Positions 26,301 through 39,520 of a stretch of 64,000 nt of DNA are shown here, piece after piece. Numbering within the stretch: position 1 is the stretch's first letter; every line of letters begins with the position of its first letter. The notes beneath the pieces were generated by a model. The model saw nothing but the letters and a program-made list of their open reading frames with translations, made no database searches and had not been told where the DNA came from. Origin of the DNA: Macrostomum lignano (taxonomy: Eukaryota); contig NIVC01002941.1 of NCBI GenBank assembly GCA_002269645.1, positions 95,929 to 159,928 of the forward strand. Direction: 5' to 3'. The position numbers and the translations under genes are program-made.

Positions 26301-26864
26301 ACTGTACGCCCCATTTCCCACCGAAAGTCTCATATTCACTGCGGTTAAACAAACTTCAACTTCAATGTAAATCGGCTTTGCCCAGCTGTTAGAATCTGCC
26401 AGTTTTATTCATGATTTGCGAACCCTCACTGTTTATTGCGCTCCGATCTTGTTATCTTGGACTAAAACATTGATTGATTAGTACACCTTTGCAGTGATTA
26501 TTACAAATTTAATAAAAATTGCATGTATCTCGTACACTGTGCGATACTTGTATCTGTGCCATCCGTCTGCTCATCACGGCACGGAAATGATGCATGATTT
26601 CTGATCCAGTTTTAATGCTCAGTGCGTGTAGCATGGTATCACGTGACTTAATTAATTTTCTATATTCCTGTCATGCTGGAAATTTCACTGTGCGATTTTT
26701 AACTTGCGATTTCAATATAATTGATTAATTATATTACCAGATTTTCGGTTGATTGATTATATTGTACTTCAGCATAGTCTGCTTTGTAAAGCAGCGGGTT
26801 TTGAAATAAATTTGTTTGCCACTATTCGCTTTCTGTTGCGATTCGCTGATGCCAGTAATGAAAT

Positions 26865-27375
26865 CCCAGATTCTCAAATCCCAGAATCCCATATCCTCAA
26901 ACCCCAGATTCCCAGATCCTCAAAACCCAGAATCCCAGATCCTCAAATCCCAGAATCCCAGATCCCCAAACCCTAGAATCCCAGATCCTCAAATACCAGA
27001 ATCCCAGATCCCTAAACCCCAGAATCCCAGATCCCCAAACCCCAGAATCCCAGATCCTCAAATACCGGAATCCCATATCACCAAATCCCAGAATCCCAGA
27101 TCCCCAAACCCCAGAATCCCAGATCCCTAAACCCCAGAATCCCAGATCACCAAACCCCAGAATCCCAGATCTCAAATCCCAGAATCCCAGATCCCCAAAC
27201 CCCAGAATCCCAGATCCTCAAATACCAGAATCCCAGATCCCCAAACCCAGAATCCCAGATCCCCAAACCCAGAATCCCAGATCCCCAAACCCCAGAATCC
27301 CAGATCACCAAATCCCAGAATCCCAGATCTCAAATCCTAGAATCCCAGATCCTCAAATACCAGAATCGCAGATCC
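26865..27375. repeat. ~23-bp minisatellite (CAGAATCCCAGATCCCCAAACCC)
   Basis: Direct inspection. Confidence 0.94.
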
Positions 27376-28151
27376 CAGTAGAAAAATATCGTTATGCTTT
27401 GTACAAGTATTAAATATTTGTAAGCTGAATCACAATTTTTGTTAATGAAATCATTCTGATTTTCTTATATACTGAGTCCTGTTCTTTAAATAGTTTAGGT
27501 TTAAAGCGTTAATTTGCGTTGGCAAAGCGAAAGAAACTCTGGTGTCTTCTTAATTTAGTATTGTCCAAGCCAAGCTTTTCTATAATCCTAACTTTTGCTG
27601 CATGTACTACTTCTATTTTTGCCCCACCAGTAGTTGTAGTGGCATATGCGGTCATTCTGTTTCCGTTATTTTTGTTTTACAGATAAAAATTGTGCACCTT
27701 AAATACATAGTATTTTTATTATTGACACATGCTTTTAATGTCAATAAGTGCGTTTCATTTCTTATCGAATTTTATTCGATCCTGAAGGCTTGAGTCTGTC
27801 TGTTTCTTTAAGCCAATAATTTTAAGTGTTTTAATCTAGGATTTATTATTTGGCATCTGAGATCTAGGATCTGGGATCTGGGATCTAGGATCTGGGATCT
27901 AGGATCTAGGATCTAGAACCTGAGATCTAGGATCTGGGATCTAGGATCTGGGCTCTAGGATCTGGGATCTAGGATCTGGGATCTGGGATCTGGGATCTAG
28001 GATCTGGGATCTAGGATCTGGGATCTAGGATCTGGGATCTAGGATCTGGGATCTAGGATCTGGGATCTAGGATCTGGGATCTAGGATCTTGGATCTAGGA
28101 TCTGGGATCTAGGGTCTGGGATCTAGGGTCTGGGATCTAGGATCTGGGATC

Positions 28152-29044
28152 AGCTTCAAAAAGTGTGGAGTGCTGTTGACTCCTATCTGATTGAGCTGAC
28201 TGTCGAGGAGGGAATCTCCATCGGCATTGAGCGGATGGTGCTGCGAAGCACATTCGTTCTTATTGCTCCTAGCAGCGAGGAGGACGCTCGGCAGCTGCTC
28301 CAGCGGCTACCGACGGTCTCCTTGGATGCTGACCTTGGTGGAGCTCTTTTTCTTCGCGAGGGCCAGCGTCCAAAGACGATACCCTACGTGGTTTTCGTTC
28401 CTGCTAAGAGCACCGCAGCTGGACCAGACGTTATCCGCCGGGTCCTACTGCGTCTGAACCCCGACCTCCCTGCTAGTGGACTGGTGTATCACCGCCGAGT
28501 CCGCAGGGGGGAGACGGGCAACTCAATTGTCCTCGGCCTTTCCAACGCTTGGGCGAGTCGGTACCCTAATGGATCCTCTTTCCAGCTGGGTGCCCTCAAG
28601 CTCAAGATGCGCCGAGGAAAGTCTGCCAAAGGGAAGGCTACTGCCAACCCCGGCATCTCCGGCAAGAGCGGGGCGCAGTCTAAGGCCCAAGGAAAGGCGC
28701 AAGCCGATCCCAAAGCCAAAGCTGCGTCTCGCCCTTCTGCTAGCAGCAGTTCGGCGACCGTGGTAACGGCTCCGGCCAAGCCCCGGGAACCAAACCTGCC
28801 AGTCGGAGAAGGAGTTGAGGACGAGGCCGGGTCTTCGGAATCCGAGCTCTCCTCGGCCACCCTGGTGGGGTCTGAAGGTAAAGATGCAGATGAGGAAGCT
28901 TCCTCCATCCTGTCATCGGAGCCTGAGGACTCTGCTGGGGGGGCCGGTGGGAGTGAGGAGGCCATGGACGTCGACCAACTCCCATCTCCCAGTCAAGCCC
29001 CAGCGGCCTGGGACGAGGACGATCTGTTGTCCAAGTCTCCTTGA
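28152..29044 (+). CDS. LINE ORF1, 5'-truncated; DUF4780-like region plus acidic/Ser-rich tail, no CCHC knuckle
   Basis: Open from the junction (SFKKVWSAVDSYL...RVLLRLNPDLP...GNSIVLGL). Resemblance to Loa-clade ORF1 is recalled from memory, not searched. Confidence 0.65.
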
Positions 29045-29083
29045 TGGCCCTGGGCTCTAGCCAGACACTGCATTTAATACAGT

Positions 29084-32000
29084 ATGACTAAGCTCCACGC
29101 TGCCAAAGGAGCGACATTCTGTCTGCAAATAAATTTACAGCATTGCGTATCTGCGTCAGTAAATCTGATGAAGATTGCTGAGCTGTACAGGCCAGGCCTC
29201 ATCCTGATCCAGGAACCCTGGATGCGCAACGGTAAGTTGCCCAACATTCCCTCTGGCTACTCTGAATTTTATGTGTGTGGCCCGGGGAACAACCGCCCTA
29301 GAGCGGCTATCCTCGCTGCTAGCCATCTCCAGGCTTGGCTGAGGACTGATCTCTCTGATGGAGACCTTTGCGTCATCCAATCTAATAATTTCTCTCCGCG
29401 TACGTGTCTTGTTGCCTCGGTTTATATCCCAGGCGACAGAGACCCTGCTCCTGAGAGTTTACTGCGCCTCGCGCAGTACTGCGAGTCCCAGAACGCTGAG
29501 CTGTGCTTAGGGGGCGACCTCAACGCGCACCACAAGCACTGGGGCAGCAAAGATACCAACACTAGAGGAGAGGAGCTTCTGGCCCTCATCTCTAACACAA
29601 ACCTCATGCTCTGCAACCGCGGCAGCACTCCTACCTTTAATAATGGCAGATGGACCGAGGTCCTCGACGCCACACTCGTTACCCCAAGATTCTTTGACAG
29701 AGTTGAGGAGTGGTGAGTCTGGTCTGAGGAGCCCTCCCTGTCTGACCACTGCTTTATCGCCTTTAATATCGCGGACACTAAAACCCAGTCTCCGATCACT
29801 TGGAGGCGCAATATCCGCAACACTGATTGGGCGGCCTACAAGGCTGCCCTTGATCTGCACCTGCAGGAACTCACGGACTTACGTCCGATTGAGACCTGCG
29901 AGGATGTGGATCATATGGCTGAGACGCTGACAGGTTGCATTATTGCAGCCTACGAAGCGGCTTGTCCTGCTCGCGCCTACAAAGGCAAGACCTCGGCGCC
30001 GTGGTGGAACCCGGAGCTGGGGAAACTCAGGCGGAAGGCCAAAAGCCTTCATCGCCGTGCCATGAAGACCGGAAACCCGGAGGACATGGAGCTTTTCCGG
30101 CAAGCCTCCCGCAATTTCAAATCTGAAGTGCGCAAGGCCAAGGAATGTAAGTGGCGCCAATTCTGCAATGAATTGGATCAAGACAGACCTACTTCTAGGC
30201 TTGTCAAGGCCCTTACAATAGACAAAATTTCCAAATTAGCCATGATCAGAAAAGATGATGGCTCTCTTACTAAAGACCCTGAAGAAGTGCTTCAGCATAT
30301 GCTCAGCACATTCTTCCCGAGGGTACCTACTGCTAGACCGGAGCCCAACCATTCGATGGATGGAGCCACCCTAGCGGCGGGCATTGTCACTGAAGACCTA
30401 ATCGCTCGTGCGGTCAGAACCTTCAAACCCTTCAAATCTCCTGGACCTGATGGTATCTACCCTGTTCTCCTTCGTGAAGCAGCCAAGATACCCTCGTTCC
30501 TGAGACTCACCCGCAATCTTATGCGGGCCTCTATCCAGCTGGGATACGTTCCCAAATGCTGGACTGAAGCTCGGGTAGTCTTTATTCCCAAACCTGGGAA
30601 GGGTGACTACCAAAGCGTCAAGGCCTTCCGGCCAATTAGCTTAACGTCAGCAATGCTTAAGCTCACGGAGAGGCTTATTCTCTGGCGGCTGCTCTCCTGC
30701 GAGCTGACAGCGATGCCCCTCAGCAATAATCAGCACGCCTTCCGTACCGGGAGGTCGACTGACAGCGCCCTGCATGCGATTGTCGAGAAGATTGAACGGG
30801 CGGTACTGGGTGACGGTTACGCCCTGGCTCTCTTTCTTGACATTGTTGGCGCCTTCGACAACGTTATCTTTGAAGCGTTTCAGAGGGCCCTTCAAAATCG
30901 CAAAGCTCATGCTACCCTCATACGGTGGATCATGTACATGATCTCCAACCGTACGGTCACTGCCCAACTTCTTGGGCAAACTGCCTCCACCAGAGTCTGT
31001 AAGGGTGGACCCCAAGGCAGAGTCCTCACCCCGACGCTCTGGAACCTGGTCATGGACGCTCTTCTGAGTGACTCCCGACCCGACCCCGTCTTCAAAGTCG
31101 GGTATGCTGATGACGTCACGGCCATTGTGGCAGGACCGTCTCCCAGCACGCTCAGGGATCTGATGCAGAGCTTTATCTGCAAAGCAGAATCCTGGGCCAA
31201 TGACAATGGTCTGGAACTCTCTGAGCCCAAAACCGTTGCCATTATGTTTACCAGCAGACTACGCTGGAACATACGTCCTCTGCAGCTCTACGGCAGAGAT
31301 ATTGCCTTCGCGCACCAGACCAGATGTCTCGGGGTCACACTTGACCACCGGCTTAACTGGTCCTTCCACGTGAAAGCAAAAGCCAAGCGTGCCTCAGCCA
31401 TCCTGGCCCAGCTCCGACGAGCACTTGGCACTTCTTGGGGTCTATCCCCAAAGCGGCTTTGGTGGATCTATACTTCCGTAGTTAGACCTGCCATTACGTA
31501 CGCCTCTGTTGTCTGGGTTAGCGCTACCCAGGTCAAAAGCCATGCAGACCTGCTCAACAAGATCCAAGGCAGAGCGTGTAGGCTCATCTGCAACGCCACC
31601 AGGTCCACGCCCTTTGCTGGCATGGGGGCCTTCCTTAATCTACCGCCTCTTGACCTCTTCGTCAGGGGTGAGGCGGCTAGAACGACGCGGCGTCTAATTG
31701 ATGCCGGCGTCAAATTCATTTACATGAGAGCACCTGCTAAGCGGAACCTTGTCCCGCATAGCGACCTGTGCCTCAACTTTCTCAACGAGTGTCAGGCCAA
31801 TCGCGTCTTCACCGATGGCATTGCCTCAACGCTCAACCTGAGACAGCGCTACTCCGTAGCTATCGACTCGCGCGATAACATCAATGACCAATGGAACCTT
31901 GGTGAGCTTCATTGCTACACCGACGGTTCTAAGCAGTCAGCCAACACCGGCTTTGGTGTTGGAATCTTTCTGAACGGGAGGGTCATCGCTACCCACGCTC

Positions 32001-32828
32001 AATACACTGGGGTCAACTCCAGTGTTTTCCAAAATGAAGTTCTGGCAATCAGCTCCTGCACTGCAGAGCTTCTCGCCACTGGCGTTATTGGCAAGAACAT
32101 CATTTTCCATTCGGACAGCCAAGCTGCCTTGCACGCCATCAGTGGCTGCAGCACCAACTCTGCTACAGTCCTTGACTGTATCAAACTCCTCAATGTGTTG
32201 CGTTCCGCCAACAAAATTACCCTTAAGTGGGTTCCGGGGCATGTGGGGATCCGAGGAAATGAGTTGGCTGACTGACACCCTTGCAAAAGTTGGTGCCTCC
32301 GGCTCCTCTCTCGGCCCCGAACCCCTTGTCCCGATTCCTGGCTGTGTCATCGACTCGCGCATCAAAGCGTGGATCAGGACTCAGCACCGCTCGACTTGGG
32401 CGAACCGCACGAACTGCAGGCAATCCAGAGGCGCTGTCCCTCAGCCCTCTCACCAGCTCCGGAAGCTCCTCTTGCGCCTCTCGCGCAGAGACATCCGGGC
32501 TGCCACCATGACCCTCTCTGGTCACGGCTGCTTCTCCAGGCACCAGTACCTGCAGGGCAACGCCAACAACGCCACCTGTAGTTTCTGCAACTCAGGTGAC
32601 GAAACTGCTGAGCATTTCGTAAGCATCTGTCCCGCCTTCACGCGGGCCAGACTCACTTACCTCGGGCCACACACATGTATTACTGAAGCGTGCAAACCCG
32701 AAAACTTTAATCAGCTCACGCGCTACCTTCGGGCCACCCGCAGGGCTGAACTCTCCTTTCCAGAGAGCACTATAGCTGCTGGCGACACTGGGGGACCTCC
32801 CTGGGCGGCGCCAACCCTCCGTCCATAG
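29084..32828 (+). pseudogene. LINE ORF2: AP endonuclease, reverse transcriptase, RNase H, CCHC; two lesions
   Basis: LQINLQH, GDLNAHH.HWGS, SLSDH (APE); KSPGPDG, FRPISL, GYADD (RT); YTDGSK, HSDSQAAL, WVPGHVGIRGNELAD (RNase H); CSFC...ETAEHF...C. In-frame TGA at 29714-29716; duplicated TGAC at 32269-32276 gives a +1 shift. Confidence 0.92.
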
Positions 32829-35800
32829 CGACGCGTCGGCCGTTCAGGGATTAGCGGAATGGGCGCCCGCGCCTTCCCGCTGTATCCCCTCCGGGACAGC
32901 CCTGCAGCTAAGTCAAGTAAGTCAAGTAAGTATCTGGGATCTAGGATCTGGGATCTAGGATCTGGGATCTAGGATCTGGGATCTAGGATCTGGGATCTAG
33001 GATCTGGGATCTAGGATCTGGGATCTAGGATCTAGGATATGGGATCTGGGATCTAGGGTCTGGGATCTAGAATCTGAGATCTTAAATCTAGCGTCTCAGA
33101 TCTAGGATCTGGGATCTAGGATCTAGGGTCTGGGATCTAGGGTCTGGGATCTAGGATCTGGGATCTAGGATCTGGGATCTAGGATCTGGGATCTAGGATC
33201 TGGGATCTGGGATCTAGGATCTGGGATCTGGGATCTAGGATCTGGGATCTGGGATCTAGGATCTGGGATCTGGGGTCTGGGATCTAGCGTCTGGGATCTA
33301 GGGTCTGGGATCTAGAATCTGAGATCTTGAATCTAGCGTCTCAGATCTAGGATCTAGGTTCTAGGATCTGGGATCTGGGATCTAGGATCTGGGATCTGGG
33401 ATCTGGGATCTAGGGTCTGCGATCTAGAATCTGAGATCTTAAATCTAGCGTCTCAGATCTAGGATCTGGGATCTAGGATCTAGGGTCTGGGATCTAGGAT
33501 CTGGGATCTAGGATCTGGGATCTAGGATCTGGGATCTAGGGTCTGGGATCTAGGGTCTGGGATCTAGAATCTGAGATCTTGAATCTAGCGTCTCAGATCT
33601 AGGATCTAGGTTCTAGGATCTGGGATCTGGGATCTAGGGTCTGGGATCTAGGATCTGGGATCTAGGATCTGGGATCTAGGATCTGGGATCTAGGATCTGG
33701 GATCTGGGATCTGGGATCTAGGATCTAAGATCTGGGATCTGGGATCTAGGATCTGGGATCTAGGATCTGGGATCTAGGATCTGGGATCTAGGATCTGGGA
33801 TCTAGGATCTGGGATCTAGGATCTAGGATCTGGAATCTGGGATCTAGGGTCTGGGATCTAGGGTCTGGGATCTAGGGTCTGGGATCTAGGGTCTGGGATC
33901 TAGAATCTGAGATCTTGAATCTAGCGTCTCAGATCTAGGATCTAGGTTCTAGGATCTGGGATCTGGGATCTAGGGTCTGGGATCTAGGATCTGGGATCTA
34001 GGATCTGGGATCTAGGATCTAGGATCTGGAATCTGGGATCTAGGGTCTGGGATCTAGGGTCTGGGATCTAGGGTCTGGGATCTAGGGTCTAGGATCTAGA
34101 ATCTGAGATCTTGAATCTAGCGTCTCAGATCTAGGATCTAGGTTCTAGGATCTGGGATCTGGGATCTGGGATCTGGGATCTAGAATCTGGGATCTAGGAT
34201 CTGGGATCTGGGATCTGGGATCCAGGATCTGGGATCTAGGATCTAGGATCTAGAACCTGGGATCTAGGATCTGGGATCTAGGATCTAGGCTCTAGGATCT
34301 GGGACCTAGCATTTGGGATCTGGGCTCTAGTATCTGGGATCTGGGATCTGGGATCTAGGATCTGGGATCTGGGATCTAGGATCTGGGATCTAGGATCTGG
34401 GATCTGGGATCTAGGATATGGGATCTGGGATCTAGGGTCTGGGATCTAGAATCTGAGATCTTGAATCTGGCGTCTCAGATCTAGGATCTGGGATCTAGGA
34501 TCTGGGATCTAGGATCTGGGATCTAGGATCTGGGATCTAGGATCTGGGATCTAGGATCTGGGATCTAGGATCTGGGATCTAGGATCTGGGATCTAGGATC
34601 TGGGATCTGGGATCTAGGGTCTGGGATCTAGGATCTGGGATCTAGGATCTAGGGTCTGGGATCTAGGATCTGGGATCTGGGATCTAGGATCTGGGATCTA
34701 GGATCTGGGATCTGGGATCTAGGGTCTGGGATCTAGGGTCTGGGATCTAGAATCTGAGATCTTGAATCTAGCGTCTCAGATCTAGGATCTAGGTTCTAGG
34801 ATCTGGGATCTGGGATCTAGGGTCTGGGATCTAGGATCTGGGATCTAGGATCTGGGATCTAGGATCTGGGATCTGGGATCTGGGATCTAGGATCTGGGAT
34901 CTGGGATCTAGGGTCTGGGATCTAGAATCTGAGATCTTGAATCTAGGATCTAGGTTCTAGGATCTAGGATCTGGGATCTAGGGTCTGGGATCTAGGATCT
35001 GGGATCTGGGATCTAGGGTCTGGGATCTAGAATCTGAGATCTTGAATCTAGCGTCTCAGATCTAGGATCTAGGTTCTAGGATCTGGGATCTGGGATCTAG
35101 GGTCTGGGATCTAGGATCTGGGATCTAGGATCTGGGATCTAGGATCTGGGATCTGGGATCTGGGATCTAGGATCTGGGATCTGGGATCTAGGATCTGGGA
35201 TCTAGGCTCTGGGATCTGGGATCTAGGGTCTGGGATCTAGAATCTGAGATCTTGAATCTAGCGTCTCAGATCTAGGATCTGGGATCTAGGATCTGGGATC
35301 TGGGATCTGGGATCTAGGGTCTGGGATCTAGGATCTGGGATCTAGGATCTGGGATCTAGGATCTGGGATCTAGGATCTGGGATCTAGGATCTAGGATCTA
35401 GGATCTGTGATCTAGGGTCTGGGATCTAGGGTCTGGGATCTAGGATCTGGGATCTGGGATCTAGGATCTGGGATCTAGGATCTGGGGTCTAAGATCTGGG
35501 GTCTAGGATCTGGGATCTAGGATCTGGGATCTAGGATCTGGGATCTAGGGTCTGGGATCTAGGATCTGGGATCTAGGATCTGGGATCTGGGATCTAGGGT
35601 CTGGGATCTAGGGTCTGGGATCTAGAATCTGAGATCTTGAATCTAGCGTCTCAGATCTAGGATCTAGGTTCTAGGATCTGGGATCTGGGATCTAGGGTCT
35701 GGGATCTAGGATCTGGGATCTAGGATCTGGGATCTAGGATCTGGGATCTGGGATCTGGGATCTAGGATCTGGGATCTGGGATCTAGGGTCTGGGATCTAG

Positions 35801-37364
35801 AATCTGAGATCTTGAATCTAGGATCTAGGTTCTAGGATCTAGGATCTGGGATCTAGGGTCTGGGATCTAGGATCTGGGATCTGGGATCTAGGGTCTGGGA
35901 TCTAGAATCTGAGATCTTGAATCTAGCGTCTCAGATCTAGGATCTAGGTTCTAGGATCTGGGATCTGGGATCTAGGGTCTGGGATCTAGGATCTGGGATC
36001 TAGGATCTGGGATCTAGGATCTGGGATCTGGGATCTGGGATCTAGGATCTGGGATCTGGGATCTAGGATCTGGGATCTAGGATCTGGGATCTGGGATCTA
36101 GGGTCTGGGATCTAGAATCTGAGATCTTGAATCTAGCGTCTCAGATCTAGGATCTGGGATCTAGGATCTGGGATCTGGGATCTGGGATCTAGGGTCTGGG
36201 ATCTAGGATCTGGGATCTAGGATCTGGGATCTAGGATCTGGGATCTAGGATCTGGGATCTAGGATCTAGGATCTAGGATCTGTGATCTAGGGTCTGGGAT
36301 CTAGGGTCTGGGATCTAGGATCTGGGATCTGGGATCTAGGATCTGGGATCTAGGATCTGGGGTCTAAGATCTGGGGTCTAGGATCTGGGATCTAGGATCT
36401 GGGATCTAGGTTCTGGGATCTATGGTCTAGGATCTGGGATCTGGGGCCTAGGATCTATGGTCTGGGATCTATGGTCTGGGATCTAGGATCTGGGATCTAG
36501 GGTCTGGGATCTAGGATCTGGGATCTAAGGATGTTTTTATTTGAGGTAAGTCATTTCTGATCTGTAGCTGGCTAGAGAATGACAGGGAGGGGGTAGATGG
36601 AGAGTATCTCATGACTGCTCCCCGGATTATAAACAGTGGAGAGGAAGCGAGAGACAGAGTGTGCAGGGAAAATTCGGTTCGGAGAAGAAGAGACCTGCCC
36701 CAATCTTGAAGCAACAATATTCGGGCTGATGGCAGCTCAACTTATCAGGTTTGTTCTCCAATTCACAGTCACAATTGACTACTTGCTGGCTTCTCAGTTT
36801 CTCCAAGGCAGGCATGGGAATAATGAATGCAAGCAGCGAGGTAGCTGACTCAGGCAATTTCCGCTGTTGTGAGCTGATCGCTGCTGCTAGGCGTGGCGGA
36901 TAGCGGAATCCCAACTAGAGCAGCTGTCGTATTTAGTCACGGCATGGTCTTAGCAGCTGTGAGGCGGAAATCTCAGTCAATATTTGCTCCAGGATGTTTT
37001 TTTGCGTTGTTGTCACTGGCTGTAAAGTGCGGTCCGACCTAGCTTGAGATCCCTGTCTGAGAACTGCGAGAGCCTCTCCAGTGCATGACACAGAAAGGAT
37101 TTAACTCAAGCAAAAGTATACAAGCAGCAACACAGACGTAACTTTTATGTTTTTATATTTTGATAAACAGTTATAACAAATAACTGATAAAATAATACAA
37201 GGATTTTGTACCAGTATACAGCCAAGCCGCTTGAATATCTGTTGCGGTGCACGTGGGATTAAAGTTGCCTACAAATAACACGAAACTTGTTTGCGAGGGG
37301 GTAGGTGATATCAATAAAATGAATTACTCATGAATTTTTGCAATCTGAACAGCTGAAACTGAAA

Positions 37365-38062
37365 TACAGAAATTTTCTCAGGGGTGGGGTCATTAACCCT
37401 AATTTTCTCAGGGGTGAAGTCATGACCCCTAATTTTCTCAAGGGTGGGGTCATGACCACTAATTTTCTCAGGGGTGGGGTCATGAACCCTAATTTTCTCA
37501 GGGGCGGGGTCATAACCCCTAATTTTCTCAGGGGTGGGGTCATGACCCCTAATTTTCTCAGGGGTGGGGTCATGACGCCTAATTTTCTCAGGGTGGGGTC
37601 ATGACCCCCTAATTTTCTCAGGGGTGGGGTCATGAACCCTAATTTTCTCAGGGGTGGGGTCATGGACCCTAATTTTCTCAGGGGTGGGGTCATGAACCCT
37701 AATTTTCTCAGGGGCGGGGTCATGAACCCTAATTATCTCAGGGGCGGGGTCATGACGCCTAATTTTCTCAGGGTGGGGTCATGACCCCTTAATTTTCTCA
37801 GGGTGGGGTCATGACCCCTTAATTTTCTCAGGGGCGGGGTCATAACCCCTAATTTTCTCAGGGGCGGGGTCATGAACCCTAATTTTCTCAGGGGCGGGGT
37901 CATGACGCCTAATTTTCTCAGGGTGGGGTCATGACCCCCTAATTTTCTCAGGGGCGGGGTCATAAACCCTAATTTTCTCACGGGCGGGGTTCAGGACCCC
38001 CTAATTTTTTCAGGGAGGAGTCCGCCGACTCCCTTGTCGCCCCCCCCCTAGATACGTCAGTG
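37365..38062. repeat. 30-bp minisatellite (CCTAATTTTCTCAGGGGTGGGGTCATGACC) ending in a TIR-like CCCCCCCTAGATACGTCAGTG
   Basis: About 21 copies; no partner for the TIR-like end was found. Confidence 0.9.
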
Positions 38063-38839
38063 GTAAAAAGCAGAAAAATGTAGCAAAACACGTGCAACAT
38101 TCCGGATAAAATTGAAGATACACAAAGAAATCACAAACAAAAATATCGTTGGATAATAGCATAATTCTTTTTTTCAAAAAACATTTCTGACTTTACCAAG
38201 TCTGACTAGTTTAAAAATACACCGATCAAAAGTTTTACAGCCTTCCGCCAACTTGCATAAATGTACGAGTGTAGTAAAACAAAAAACGCAGCGCATCGAA
38301 AGAGTTAAACAAAATAATTTTTTCACGAAATTTTTAACAAAAAACTTTCTTAGAAATGGGGCAAATTTGATTTATATAACAACTGTCGATGAGTTGCGGA
38401 TTAAATAATGCATAAATATAGATTAAAAAATAAAAAAATAAACTGATATTAGAGCAAACATAGTTCACACGCATACAATTTTATAAGCCATTTGTACAGC
38501 GTTACAAGCGCTGCATCAAATTATAATATTGAAAAAGCGGAAACAAAAACTGCCTACAGATTTCACCAAACCGACTCAAAAGCGGACTATAAAGCTACGG
38601 AAAACTTTTTACAACAGCCATGCGCGCGTGCAATCAATCGTGCAGTCTTGCAATGCGGACGCTTCGTTTCTTCTGTAGTTTATTGGAATTGAAGTTCGAA
38701 TTGCTTATTAAATATTCGACTTGGGCGTCCCAACTATGGTCGCGCAATGTTTCACTGAATCATTGTTACTTTGCTCTCCTCTCCAGGTTCGCCTTTCTCG
38801 TACCTGAGTTGAGTGAAGTCGGTTCGCGGCTTTATTCTT

Positions 38840-38934
38840 AACTAACTAAATGACTAACAAACAAACAAACAAACTAACTAACTAACTAACTAACCAACTA
38901 ACTAACTAACCAACTAACTAACAAACAAACAAAC

Positions 38935-38975
<41 letters not shown>

Positions 38976-38997
38976 CACTAACTAACTAACTGACTAG

Positions 38998-39031
<34 letters not shown>

Positions 39032-39032
39032 C

Positions 39033-39079
<47 letters not shown>

Positions 39080-39080
39080 C

Positions 39081-39131
<51 letters not shown>

Positions 39132-39203
39132 CACTAACTAACTAACTAACTAACTCACTAACTAACTAACTAACTTACTAACTAACTAATTAACTAACTA
39201 ACC

Positions 39204-39259
<56 letters not shown>

Positions 39260-39260
39260 C

Positions 39261-39299
<39 letters not shown>

Positions 39300-39339
39300 C
39301 ACTAACTAACTAACTAACTGACCAATTAACTAACTAACC

Positions 39340-39379
<40 letters not shown>

Positions 39380-39380
39380 C

Positions 39381-39419
<39 letters not shown>

Positions 39420-39420
39420 C

Positions 39421-39472
<52 letters not shown>

Positions 39473-39505
39473 GCTAGCTAACTAACTAACTAACTAACTA
39501 ACCAA
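38840..39505. repeat. (CTAA)n / (TTAG)n microsatellite
   Basis: Direct inspection. Confidence 0.98.
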
Positions 39506-39520
39506 TAGAAAACCTCTCTC

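Larger units (their letters stand above)
28152..32931 (+). mobile_element. 5'-truncated non-LTR retrotransposon, Loa-like (R1/I group), APE-RT-RNase H
   Basis: ORF1 fragment plus ORF2. 3' tail (TAAGTCAAG)2TAAG. ATCTGGGATC at 28142-28151 and 32932-32941 behaves as a 10-bp TSD whose removal restores satellite phase. Confidence 0.9.
27845..36525. repeat. GATCT(A/G)G 7-mer satellite (27845-28151 and 32932-36525), interrupted by a LINE
   Basis: Direct inspection; contains a recurring AATCTGAGATCTTGAATCTAGCGTCTCAGATCTAG cassette. Confidence 0.97.

Noticed and set aside
29714-29716. TGA recoding (selenocysteine or read-through) in LINE ORF2
   Set aside because: A CGA>TGA mutation is simpler, and the copy also has a frameshift and a 5' truncation.
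36627-36914. Cys-containing 95-aa minus-strand ORF
   Set aside because: No domain pattern or supporting neighbouring exons.
38840-39505. (TTAG)n as interstitial telomere
   Set aside because: Unit is TTAG, not TTAGG or TTAGGG; treated as a microsatellite.
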